NCBI GenBank assembly: GCA_965213675.1
Contig: OZ243916.1
Location: 2,528,001-2,592,000, forward strand
Direction: 5' to 3'
Length of the DNA stretch: 64,000 bases
Origin: an uncultured Candidatus Binatia bacterium
GTDB lineage: Bacteria; Desulfobacterota; Binatia; UBA9968; JAJDTQ01
Shown here: positions 1-8,646 of the stretch, in pieces
Numbering within the stretch: the first letter of the stretch is position 1
Layout: every line of letters starts with the position of its first letter
The notes under the pieces: model-generated
Database searches by the model: none
The model's input: only the letters and a program-made list of their open reading frames with translations
Told to the model about the DNA's origin: nothing
Program-made: the position numbers and the translations under genes

Positions 1-474
1 CTGCGCGGCCACGGGCGCCGCTGCATCCTGCAGCAGGGTCAGCCCAAGAACGAGCATGGCGCCACCGAGGAGCGACGCCGAAATCGGTCGGAATTTCGAC
101 AGGGATTCGCTCACCACGGCAATTCCCGCAAGACCGAGCACGAACAGAGCAACGATCCTGACATCGAAGCTGACGAGCAGGATGAGACCTGTCATTCCGA
201 TACCGCCACCGAGAATGATCGCAAATCCGGTCGTCGTTGTGATCAGCCCCGAGCGCAGGATGCTCACCACAATAAAGACCAGACCCGTCATGCTCTGGGT
301 GGCGACGCCGGCGAGCACTCCCCAACCAGCCGCGGCAACGGGATTCCCGGTCAGGCGCAGCGCGACCCGGCGCAGCCGCCGGCTCGCCAGACTCTTCAGG
401 TTCTCCGTCAGGAACCACATTCCGAGGACGAAGAGCCCGAGCCCGCCGACCATACCCGCAAGAAGCGCCATCAT
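1..474 (-). CDS. Na/Pi cotransporter family protein (5' part; runs off the window)
   Basis: Not in the ORF track. Manual translation gives MMALLAGMVGGLGLFVLGMWFLTENLKSLASRRLRRVALRLTGNPVAAAGWGVLAGVATQSMT, matching the GGLGLFxxGM...T.NP...QS N-terminal pattern of Na/Pi cotransporters; the sequence is hydrophobic. Confidence 0.75.
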   Translation of the reverse strand, partial: MMALLAGMVGGLGLFVLGMWFLTENLKSLASRRLRRVALRLTGNPVAAAGWGVLAGVATQSMTGLVFIVVSILRSGLITTTTGFAIILGGGIGMTGLILLVSFDVRIVALFVLGLAGIAVVSESLSKFRPISASLLGGAMLVLGLTLLQDAAAPVAAQ

Positions 475-966
475 GGTCCGGTCCTCGCGGCGGCGATCTC
501 CGCCCGTGTTCGTGAAGGGAACGCTCTGCTCAGACAAGGCATGGTGAAGTTCCTGTTCGACATGGGGCTCACGCAGCAGCGGGTGTTCTCCGCGTGCCAC
601 GGGCTGAAGAAGCTACGAACAACCAGGATACGCAACCTTCCAGGAAACCGATGCGCACGTTGGGGCACGATCACTGGCGTAATGATCGAAGATGCAGTTG
701 GAGACGTTCCGGCGAAGCATACCGCGCCGGATTGTCGGACCTTAGACACTCCCAGGATGTATTTCAACTGACGCCCGCCGGACCGAATCCAGTGCTTCGT
801 TTCGCCAACAGTGGCGCTTCGGGGAGCGCCGCGGCAAGGAGCGGGAACAGAGCCGCGGCGGCCACGCCGGCTGCTCATCGTACGCCATCCATCGCCGCTG
901 TGCCGGATTGACAGGACCCCCGGCAACGCCTACCCTTTCGGCATGATCGAAGAAGGAGACGCCGCC

Positions 967-2202
967 ATGACCTTGGCCACCCACCCCCTGGATCCGGAGA
1001 AACAGCCCGCGCTTGTGCGCATGGACTCGTATGCAGAGTGGCGCGAACGCGAAGGCGCACCGCTCGTGGGCGGGGTCTTCATCGAGGACATGAAGGAGGT
1101 GGAGGTGGGTCCGTGGCCGCGCAAGGGGGACGGCGTCAAGGGCGCCCTGTGCTACCTAGACGGCGACAACGGCGCCGACGAGCACATCGTCGAGTTGCCA
1201 CCCGGGGGCTACACCGCGCCGTTGCGGCACATGTACACCGAGGCCATCTACGTGGTGTCGGGCCACGGCTCCTGTTCGGTATGGCGCGAGGGCGGGGAGA
1301 AACAGACCTTCGAGTGGGGGCCGGGCAGCTACTTCGTGCCCCCAACCAACGCCTGGCACCAGTTCTTCAACGCCAGCCTGTCGCAGCCGGCGCGCTGGTT
1401 CTCCGTCACCGACCTGCCGCAACTCTTTCGGCAGTGGAACAGCGAGCACTTCATCTTCAACAATGGCTACGACTTCGACGACCGCTACCAGGGCGAACCC
1501 GACTACTTCACGGCAGAGGCCAAGCTCTACAAGGGGAGGGTGTGGGAGACCAACTTCATCCCGGACATCCGCAAGCTGCCCCTCTACGAGTGGAAAAGCC
1601 GGGGCGGCGGCGGCACCAACGCCTTCATGGTCATGGGCTCCGGACTGATGGAGTCCCACGTGTCCCGCTTCGAGTCCGGCTACTACAAGAAATCCCACCG
1701 CCACGGCCCCGGAGCGCATCTGTACATCATCGAAGGCGAGGGCTACGTGCTCGCCCAGCGCGGCAACGAGGAGCGCATTCGCTGCGACTGGAAGGAAGGC
1801 AGCCTCTACCTCTCCGGCGCTGGGCAGGGCCTGTGGCTGCACCAGCACTTCAACGTGGGTGAGACGCCGGCAACCTATCTGGTGATGAACCAGGGACTGT
1901 CGCGCAAGTACGCGGTCAACCGCTGGCAGGCGCAGGAATCCACCGTGCTCCGCACCGGCGAGGTCAGCGGGAAGAAGGGCGGCTACCAAGTGGAGTATGA
2001 GGATGAGGACCCGGAGATCCACCAGATCTTCGAGGCAGAGCTGGCCAGGCGCGGCATCACCTGCCGGATGAAGAACATGGTGCCGTGGTGCACCGGCGCG
2101 GCCGGCGCCGAGGCCGTCAAGGTCCTGTTCCCGGACGAGCACGGCAACCTGCCGGGCGAGCAGGGCAACCTCCCGGACGCGGAAGGAAGCTTCATCGACT
2201 GA
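967..2202 (+). CDS. Bicupin metalloprotein (gentisate 1,2-dioxygenase-like fold)
   Basis: Two cupin motif sets: LRHMYTEAIYVVSGHG...WHQFFN and KSHRHGPGAHLYIIEGEG...LHQHFN. GAAGGAG RBS precedes ATG 967. Confidence 0.75.
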   Translation: MTLATHPLDPEKQPALVRMDSYAEWREREGAPLVGGVFIEDMKEVEVGPWPRKGDGVKGALCYLDGDNGADEHIVELPPGGYTAPLRHMYTEAIYVVSGHGSCSVWREGGEKQTFEWGPGSYFVPPTNAWHQFFNASLSQPARWFSVTDLPQLFRQWNSEHFIFNNGYDFDDRYQGEPDYFTAEAKLYKGRVWETNFIPDIRKLPLYEWKSRGGGGTNAFMVMGSGLMESHVSRFESGYYKKSHRHGPGAHLYIIEGEGYVLAQRGNEERIRCDWKEGSLYLSGAGQGLWLHQHFNVGETPATYLVMNQGLSRKYAVNRWQAQESTVLRTGEVSGKKGGYQVEYEDEDPEIHQIFEAELARRGITCRMKNMVPWCTGAAGAEAVKVLFPDEHGNLPGEQGNLPDAEGSFID

Positions 2203-2268
2203 CGACTGCCGGCGACGCCGTACTGCGCCGGCGCCGGAGCAACCCCACAAAGAGAACGAAGACCCGCA

Positions 2269-5004
2269 ATGAACGATCAACATTCCATGAACCCTTGTGG
2301 ACGGGGCCTCAGGCTGGTGCGACCCGTCATGGCGCTCGCGCTGCTGGCCGTCCTCACACTCGCCCTCCACGGTCCGGGCCACGCACAGAGCGGCGATCCG
2401 CCGGCGGATCCCACGCCGGACAACGAAATGGCGCAACGCTGGTGGAACACCCTGAGCCCGGAACAGATGGTCGCCGCCCTGTTCGGCGACAGCGCCACCG
2501 CGGAGCAGGCCACCGCCGCCAGGAACCCTTACGCCGGCCTGGACATGGCGACCAAGGGCTTGGTCAACGACGCCGCTTCCGAGATCTACGGCAACGGCGG
2601 CTTTCAAAGCGTCGGGGCGTGGTGGGAGTCCCTGGACTGCCGCCTCATGCGCGTGGCCGCAGGCGACGGCAACACCGCCGACCCGGAAAGCCCCTACTGC
2701 GCCCATTACCCCGGATCCGGACAGGATCGTTTGCTGGCGACCGAGCAGAAGGATCATGTGGACACGGTGGGCATGGCTCTCCTCGATTTGTCCGAGCCGG
2801 GTGTCTATCCGCCGGACATCACTCCGGCCAGACTTTGGTGGAACACCCTCAACGCCGATCAGATGGTGGCCGCGCTTCACGGCGACGGCGCCACTCCGGA
2901 ACAACGCGACGCGGCTCAACGCATGTACGCGGAGCTGGATCCCGAGACCAAGAAGCTCGTTCACGACGCGGCCGCCTCCATCTACGGCACCGGCCGTTTC
3001 AGCAGCGTCGGCGCGTGGTGGGAGTCCCTGGACTGCCGCCTCATGCGCGTCGCCACGGGTGACGGCAACACCGCGGATTCCTCCAGCCCCTACTGCGCCC
3101 ACTACCCCGGCTCCGGGTTGTCGCCGCTTCTGGGGACCGCCGAGAAAAACCACGTGGACAAGGTCGGCATGGCCCTCCTCGATCGCTCCGACCCCGGCGT
3201 GTTCCCGCCTGACAGCGACCGCGCCAAGGCTTGGTGGAATGCACTCAATGGCGATCAGATGGCGGCCGCCCTCTTCGGCGACGCCCCCACGACAGACCAG
3301 AATGCCGCGGCCCGCAACCCATACGCCGACCTCGACCCCGAGACCAAGAAGCTCGTCCACGACGCCACCGCCTCGATCTACGGCGCCGGCGGTTTCGACA
3401 GCGTCGGGGCGTGGTGGGAATCCCTGAACTGCCCCCTCATGCGCGTCGCCGCGGGTGACGGCAACACTGCGGATTCCTCCAGCCCCTACTGCGCCCACTA
3501 CCCCGGCTCCGGGTTGTCGCCGCTTCTGGGGACCGCCGAGAAAAACCACGTGGACAAGGTCGGCATGGCCCTCCTCGGCCGCTCCGACCCCGGCGTGTTC
3601 CCGCCGGTGGACGAGCGTCTCGGCCAGGCTGCCCGCGTCCTCCTGCCGGTGGTCACGCGCGCGATCCTGTCGAGCGCCGTGGACACGGTGGGCGACCGGG
3701 CTTACGCGCGTCTTGCGGGACCTGCCGCGGACGCGCCGGGTTTGAGCCTGGCGGGGAGCGCGAATCTGCCGGAGGCCTTGGCGCTCCATGGCAAGGCCAT
3801 GAACGACGGCGCGGCGGACCTGACGCGCCTGCTGGCGCGATCCTCCTTTGTGCTGCCGCTGAACGGCTCCGGCGATCCTGACGGGTTCAAGCTTTGGGGG
3901 AGCGGTGATTATCGCAACCTGTCCGGCGCGGCCAACCGCATCGACTGGGAGGGAAACGTCGTGAGCGCCCATGTGGGGACGGACGTCATGCTGCGGCGCA
4001 ACCTGCTGGCGGGCCTCGCCGTTTCTTTTTCCCAGGGCGCCCTCGACTACACGGATCGCATCGGCGGCGACGCGCGGGCGGGCGAGTACGAAACCGACCT
4101 CATCAGCCTCAATCCCTACGCGGGCTGGGTGCTGCGTTCCGGCATCCGGATCTGGGCGATGGCCGGACACGGCTGGGGTCGGGTTCGGCTCAACCACGAG
4201 GACTCGGACGAGGAACACTCCAGCGACATGACCCAGTGGTCGGGAGCGTTGGGGGTCCGCGGCAACCTCTATTCCAGCGGCGATGGCGCCACCGGCGGCG
4301 GGACGGTTCTGGACCTCAAGGGAGAAGGCTCGTTGGGACGGGGGGAGATTCACGGCTCCGCCAACATGGAAGAACTCACCACCACCGTCAGCCGGCTGCG
4401 GCTGGCGCTGGAAGGAACCCACACTCGACTGATTGGGACCGGTAACGTGCTGACCCCGTCGCTGGCGCTGGGCGTCCTCGCGGACGGCGGGTCCGGGCAG
4501 ACCGGCGCCGGGCTGGAGGTCGGCGGTGGCGTGAAGCTCACACAGACGTCTCTCGGTCTCACCGTGGAGGCGCGCGGACGAACGCTGCTGGCCCACGGCG
4601 AAGACGTGGAGGAATGGAGCGCCGGGGGCGCGCTCCATGTCGATCCCGGCCTGACCGGACAAGGCTGGTCCGTGAGCGTCGCGCCGTCGTGGGGCGTGAC
4701 ACCCAAAGGCCCCGGCGATCTCTGGCAACGCGGTCTGGTGGATGGGACCGGCGACCACTCGATGGATACCGCCATGCGCCTGGCGGGCGAACTGGGCTAT
4801 GGTCTCCACGCTTACGACGGGCGCGGCCTTGTGACGCCCTATGCCGGTTTCCTGCTATCCGGTCACGGTACGCGAGAGTACCGGGCGGGCGCGCGCGTGC
4901 GCGTGAAACCGTCCCTGGCCGTGGCGCTCCAAGGGACCCAGCGAAGGCAGACGAACGCATCGGTCGAGCACGGCGTCACTGTGCAGGCCTCTATTCGCTG
5001 GTAG
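2269..5004 (+). CDS. Autotransporter (type Va) with a passenger of three 132-aa Trp/Cys repeats
   Basis: Signal peptide ending HGPGHA-Q, three tandem repeats, then a C-terminal beta-barrel-like region (LWGSGDYRNLSG, AHVGTD, NPYAGW, TPYAGF) ending in an aromatic residue (IRW). Confidence 0.75.
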   Translation: MNDQHSMNPCGRGLRLVRPVMALALLAVLTLALHGPGHAQSGDPPADPTPDNEMAQRWWNTLSPEQMVAALFGDSATAEQATAARNPYAGLDMATKGLVNDAASEIYGNGGFQSVGAWWESLDCRLMRVAAGDGNTADPESPYCAHYPGSGQDRLLATEQKDHVDTVGMALLDLSEPGVYPPDITPARLWWNTLNADQMVAALHGDGATPEQRDAAQRMYAELDPETKKLVHDAAASIYGTGRFSSVGAWWESLDCRLMRVATGDGNTADSSSPYCAHYPGSGLSPLLGTAEKNHVDKVGMALLDRSDPGVFPPDSDRAKAWWNALNGDQMAAALFGDAPTTDQNAAARNPYADLDPETKKLVHDATASIYGAGGFDSVGAWWESLNCPLMRVAAGDGNTADSSSPYCAHYPGSGLSPLLGTAEKNHVDKVGMALLGRSDPGVFPPVDERLGQAARVLLPVVTRAILSSAVDTVGDRAYARLAGPAADAPGLSLAGSANLPEALALHGKAMNDGAADLTRLLARSSFVLPLNGSGDPDGFKLWGSGDYRNLSGAANRIDWEGNVVSAHVGTDVMLRRNLLAGLAVSFSQGALDYTDRIGGDARAGEYETDLISLNPYAGWVLRSGIRIWAMAGHGWGRVRLNHEDSDEEHSSDMTQWSGALGVRGNLYSSGDGATGGGTVLDLKGEGSLGRGEIHGSANMEELTTTVSRLRLALEGTHTRLIGTGNVLTPSLALGVLADGGSGQTGAGLEVGGGVKLTQTSLGLTVEARGRTLLAHGEDVEEWSAGGALHVDPGLTGQGWSVSVAPSWGVTPKGPGDLWQRGLVDGTGDHSMDTAMRLAGELGYGLHAYDGRGLVTPYAGFLLSGHGTREYRAGARVRVKPSLAVALQGTQRRQTNASVEHGVTVQASIRW
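2428..3606 (+). repeat. Intragenic tandem repeat, 3 units with a 396-bp (132-aa) period
   Basis: GACGGCAACAC occurs at 2665, 3061 and 3457 (396-bp spacing). The 3' halves of units 2 and 3 are nearly identical at DNA level. Confidence 0.95.
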
Positions 5005-5050
5005 CATCGCCAGCAGTCCACGCCGTCGTAGAATCGACAAGCGTTTCTCC

Positions 5051-5120
5051 CTTCGTCCTGAGCCCTTCGACAGGCTCAGGACAGGCTTCGTGTAGTGGAG
5101 CGGAACGAAGTCGAAGGACG
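5051..5120. repeat. REP-like palindromic element, family A (GTCCTGAG / CTTCGAC...CTCAGGAC / GAAGTCGAAGGAC)
   Basis: Nested palindrome GTCCTGAGCCCTTCGACAGGCTCAGGAC. Related copies at about 11652-11753, 27326-27370 and a partial one at 30423. Confidence 0.7.
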
Positions 5121-5132
5121 CAGGTTCAACCC

Positions 5133-6641
5133 ATGCACGACATCGCGGGCGAACACGATCACGAAGGGGCGGCGGAGCAGGAGGAAGATCATCCTCTATG
5201 GAAGCTCGACACCGTTACGCTGACCAGCGTCGGCATCGACGTGGGCACGGCCACGTCCCAGATTCTGTTTTCGCGCCTGGTGCTCCGGCGGTTGGGGCGG
5301 GAGCTGTCCAGCCGCTTCGTGGTCACCGAGCGAAAGACGCTCTATCTCTCGCCGATCCGCTTCACTCCCTACACCGCCAATCGTGAGCGCATCGACGACG
5401 CGGCATTGAGCCGGCTCGTGGACGAGGCCTACGACGACGCGGGCCTCAAACCGAATGACGTGAACACCGGCGCCATCATCCTGACCGGCGAGGCGATCCG
5501 GCGGGACAACGCGCGTGCCATCGCCGACCTCTTCGCCGATCAGCGCGGCGACTTCGTCTGCGCCACCGCCGGCCACAACTTCGAAGCCCTGCTGGCGGCG
5601 CATGGCTCCGGCGCCGTGGCCTTTTCCGCGGAACAGGACTGCCGCGTTCTCAACATCGACATCGGCGGCGGCACCACCAAGCTGGCTCTCGCCGAAGGCG
5701 GACGGGTGCTCGGCACCGCGGCCTTCCACGTGGGCGGACGGCTGCTGGCCACCGACCGCGACGGCGCGATTACCGTGCTGGAACACGGCGGCAGGACTCT
5801 GGCAAGCCACGTGGGACTCGACTGGAACGTGGGAGACCAGGCGCACGCGGACGACATCGAGCGCTTGGCCGATCACATGGCCGAGGTGGTGTTGACCTTG
5901 GCCGGCGGGCGCAAGGTCGGCCCCGAGCTGGAGCCACTGTGGCTGACGCCCCCCTTGGACGGAGTCCGCGATGGCGACGCCGTGGTCTTCTCCGGCGGGG
6001 TGGGCGAATACGTCTACGGAAACGAGCGCGAGTCCCACGGCGACATCGGCGCGCCGCTGGGCCAGGCTCTGCGGCGGCGCATCGACGCCGGCGCGCTGCC
6101 TGGCAGCCTGGTGAGCGCGCGCGAATGCATCCGCGCCACGGTGATGGGCGCCGCGCAGCACACCGTGCAGGTATCCGGCAACACCATCCATCGCTCCGGC
6201 GACGACCTGTTGCCGCGCAAGAACCTTCAGGTGCTGCGTCCGCCCGTCGACATGGAAGGCGACATCGACCCGGACGGCATGGCGCGAACCATCCGAAGCC
6301 ACTTCCAGACGTTCGACCTGGTGGAGGGCAATGCCGAGGCGGCTCTCGTATTCGCGTGGCAGGGACCGCCCGCGGCCCATCGCATCGCCGCGTTCTGCCG
6401 CGGGCTCCTGGAGGGCCTGCCGCAAACCGTGGCGCGGAAACGGCCCATCTACCTCGTGTTCGACCACGACATGGCCGGCTTGGTGGGCGCCATCCTCAAA
6501 CAGGACTTCGGGCTCGCGGGCGACGTGCTGGCCCTGGACGGCATCACGCTCCGCGATTTCGACTTCATCGACCTGGGCCAGGTGCTGCAGCCGTCCGGCA
6601 CGGTGCCCGTGACCATCAAGTCACTGGTGTTCCAGTTTTAG
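5133..6641 (+). CDS. EutA-like ASKHA-fold ATPase (ethanolamine ammonia-lyase reactivase family)
   Basis: Motifs SVGIDVGTATSQ, TGAIILTGEA, FVCATAG...AAHGSGA, NIDIGGGTTK and C-terminal VPVTIKSLVF. The upstream extension in the ORF track is read-through over the autotransporter gene. Confidence 0.8.
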   Translation: MHDIAGEHDHEGAAEQEEDHPLWKLDTVTLTSVGIDVGTATSQILFSRLVLRRLGRELSSRFVVTERKTLYLSPIRFTPYTANRERIDDAALSRLVDEAYDDAGLKPNDVNTGAIILTGEAIRRDNARAIADLFADQRGDFVCATAGHNFEALLAAHGSGAVAFSAEQDCRVLNIDIGGGTTKLALAEGGRVLGTAAFHVGGRLLATDRDGAITVLEHGGRTLASHVGLDWNVGDQAHADDIERLADHMAEVVLTLAGGRKVGPELEPLWLTPPLDGVRDGDAVVFSGGVGEYVYGNERESHGDIGAPLGQALRRRIDAGALPGSLVSARECIRATVMGAAQHTVQVSGNTIHRSGDDLLPRKNLQVLRPPVDMEGDIDPDGMARTIRSHFQTFDLVEGNAEAALVFAWQGPPAAHRIAAFCRGLLEGLPQTVARKRPIYLVFDHDMAGLVGAILKQDFGLAGDVLALDGITLRDFDFIDLGQVLQPSGTVPVTIKSLVFQF

Positions 6642-6691
6642 GAGCCTGTCGGAGTAGGGGTGATCGGCTCCTCGCCCCAACGGAGGATGCC

Positions 6692-7456
6692 ATGGCAGGA
6701 ATTCTTCTGGACAAGACGGGCGGCGTGGCGTCGGTGGTCCTCGACCGTCCGCCCCTGAACGTGCTCAATCTCACGTTGCTACGCGAACTGCGACAGGTTC
6801 TGGACAAGGTGGACCGGGACGACGGCCTGGATCTCGTGGAGATCCGCGGCGCGGGTGAACGCGCGTTCTCGGCCGGCGTGGATGTGAAGGATCACACCCG
6901 GACGCAAGTCCCGGAGATGCTCGACCTCGTGCACGGGGTCATTCGGAAGCTGATGAGCCTGCGGCAGCCCACCATCGCGGTGGTGGACGGCGTCTGCCTG
7001 GGCGGAGGCTGCGAGCTGGCGTCGTCCTGCGATCTGGTGCTCGCTTCCGAGGACAGCTCGTTCGCCACGCCCGAGATCACCGTGGGCTGTTTCCCGCCGG
7101 TGGCGCTGGCTCGCTTCTCCTCGCAGATCGGCTACCACCGGGCCGCCGAGATGATCCTCACCGGCCGCCGGCTTTCCGCCCGCGAAGCCGCGGCCATCGG
7201 GCTCGTGAACCGTGTGGCGCCGCGCCATCAACTCGGCGCAGCGCTGGAAACCCTCCGGGGCGAACTGCTCGACAAGAGCCGCGCGGTACTGCGCATCACC
7301 CTGAGAGGCCTGCGGGAGATCGGCCTCAAGGAATTGTCGGCCGCCCTCGACCGCTCCGAGGAAATCTACCTCAAGGAACTGCTGGAAACTGAAGACGTCG
7401 AGGAGGGCGTCCAGGCATTCCTGGAGAAGCGCATGCCCCGGTGGCTGCACCGGTAG
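6692..7456 (+). CDS. Enoyl-CoA hydratase/crotonase (resembles the dienoyl-CoA hydratase Dch)
   Basis: Motifs RPPLNVLN, AFSAGVDVKDH, CLGGGCELA and PEITVGCFPP. GGAGG RBS before ATG 6692. Confidence 0.8.
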   Translation: MAGILLDKTGGVASVVLDRPPLNVLNLTLLRELRQVLDKVDRDDGLDLVEIRGAGERAFSAGVDVKDHTRTQVPEMLDLVHGVIRKLMSLRQPTIAVVDGVCLGGGCELASSCDLVLASEDSSFATPEITVGCFPPVALARFSSQIGYHRAAEMILTGRRLSAREAAAIGLVNRVAPRHQLGAALETLRGELLDKSRAVLRITLRGLREIGLKELSAALDRSEEIYLKELLETEDVEEGVQAFLEKRMPRWLHR

Positions 7457-7620
7457 GCAACCGCCCTTGCGTGTGGCCGCCCCGCGAGCCAGAAAATCCA
7501 CCTCGTAGCCCTCACGGGTGCGTACGTAGGTCACCTCGCACCCGCGCCGCTCCAACTCGATGAGCACGGCGGTCTCGAGTGCGTGACCGATGTTGGCGCG
7601 GCCCGTACGGTCGAACTTGG
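7457..7620 (-). pseudogene. Remnant of an AAA_14/DUF4143-type ATP-binding protein C-terminus
   Basis: The minus frame reads FDRTGRANIGHALETAVLIELERRGCEVTYVRTREGYEVDFLAR (LE..V..EL....Y.RT..G.EVDF pattern). It lacks the N-terminal ATPase domain and is wedged between convergent genes. Confidence 0.6.
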
Positions 7621-7633
7621 GCGAACAGGCAGA

Positions 7634-8617
7634 TCAGGCGGGTTGGCTGTGCAAGGTCCGATGCACGGCTTCCACGATCCGCTCCTTGTCCGGGACGAAG
7701 AATTTCTCCAACGGCGGCGCGCATGGGACCGGCGCGTTGGGGGCGGCGACCCGCAGAATCGGGCTGTCGAGGTAGTAAAGGGCCTGTTCCTGAACACGGG
7801 CGGCCACTTCCGCCCCCACCCCGCCTTGCTCCACGGCTTCATGCACCACCACGAGGCGCGAGGTCTTCCGCACCGACGCCACGAGGGTGTCGACGTCCAG
7901 AGGCGCGAGGCTGCGGAGGTCGATGACCTCAACGGCGACTCCCTCGCCCGCCAGGGCGTCGGCCGCATCCAGGGCCGGCCCCACCATTCTGGAAACCGCG
8001 GCCACGGTCACGTCGGCACCGGCGCGAAGCACCGCGGCCTGGTCCATGCCAAGACCGCTTCCACCCTGGGGCGCCTCGGCCCGGGTGGAGTAGAGGGCCC
8101 GGTGCTCCACGAACAGCACCGGGTTGTCGTCGCGGATGGCGTGGCGCATGAGGCTCTCGGCGTCGGCCGGATTCGACGGCATTACCACCTTCAAGCCGGG
8201 GACGTGCAGGAACCAGGACTCCAGGCTCTGGGAATGATGCGCGCCCATATTGCCCTGGACGCCGCACTGCACGCGCACCGTCAGCGGCACCTTGAGTTGC
8301 CCGCCGGACATGTAATGGAGCTTGGCCGCGTGGTTGACGAGCTGGTCCATGGCCAAAGTGATGAAGTCCACGAACATGATCTCCACCACCGGGCGCAGCC
8401 CCGAAAGCGCGGCGCCGATGGCCAACCCCATGACCGTGCCCTCGCTGATGGGGGTGTTCACCACCCGGTGCGCGCCCAACTCCTCGGCGATGCCCTGGGT
8501 GACCCCGAAGGGCCCGCCGAGCGCCACGTCCTCCCCGAAGACGTACACCGACGGGTCATCCCGCATCTCCGCCAGAAGTCCCGAACGAATGGCTTCCAGG
8601 TAGCTCGATTCCGGCAT
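7634..8617 (-). CDS. 2-oxoacid/acetoin dehydrogenase E1 beta subunit
   Basis: Motifs FGEDV, NTPISE, RPVVEIMFVDF, GAHHSQSLE and EVIDLRSLAPLD. Confidence 0.9.
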   Translation of the reverse strand: MPESSYLEAIRSGLLAEMRDDPSVYVFGEDVALGGPFGVTQGIAEELGAHRVVNTPISEGTVMGLAIGAALSGLRPVVEIMFVDFITLAMDQLVNHAAKLHYMSGGQLKVPLTVRVQCGVQGNMGAHHSQSLESWFLHVPGLKVVMPSNPADAESLMRHAIRDDNPVLFVEHRALYSTRAEAPQGGSGLGMDQAAVLRAGADVTVAAVSRMVGPALDAADALAGEGVAVEVIDLRSLAPLDVDTLVASVRKTSRLVVVHEAVEQGGVGAEVAARVQEQALYYLDSPILRVAAPNAPVPCAPPLEKFFVPDKERIVEAVHRTLHSQPA

Positions 8618-8646
8618 GTTCACCTCACGGACGGGCTTGCGCCGCC

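Noticed and set aside
541-771. 76-aa ORF starting MVKFLFDMGL (superficially PIN/DUF5615-like)
   Set aside because: The similarity is limited to a few residues and the rest has no recognisable motif.
2428-3606. Possible CRISPR array or DGR template/variable repeat pair
   Set aside because: The units are 396-bp in-frame coding repeats without spacers, the differences are not adenine-specific, and no cas or reverse transcriptase gene is in the window.
1156-4809. 1217-aa minus-strand ORF containing repeats
   Set aside because: It is the antisense shadow of the cupin and autotransporter genes in high-GC DNA. Its repeats mirror the + strand repeats and it has no motifs of its own.
4614-5132. N-terminal extension of the EutA-like ORF
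   Set aside because: It overlaps the autotransporter 3' end and a REP element; ATG 5133 is more plausible.
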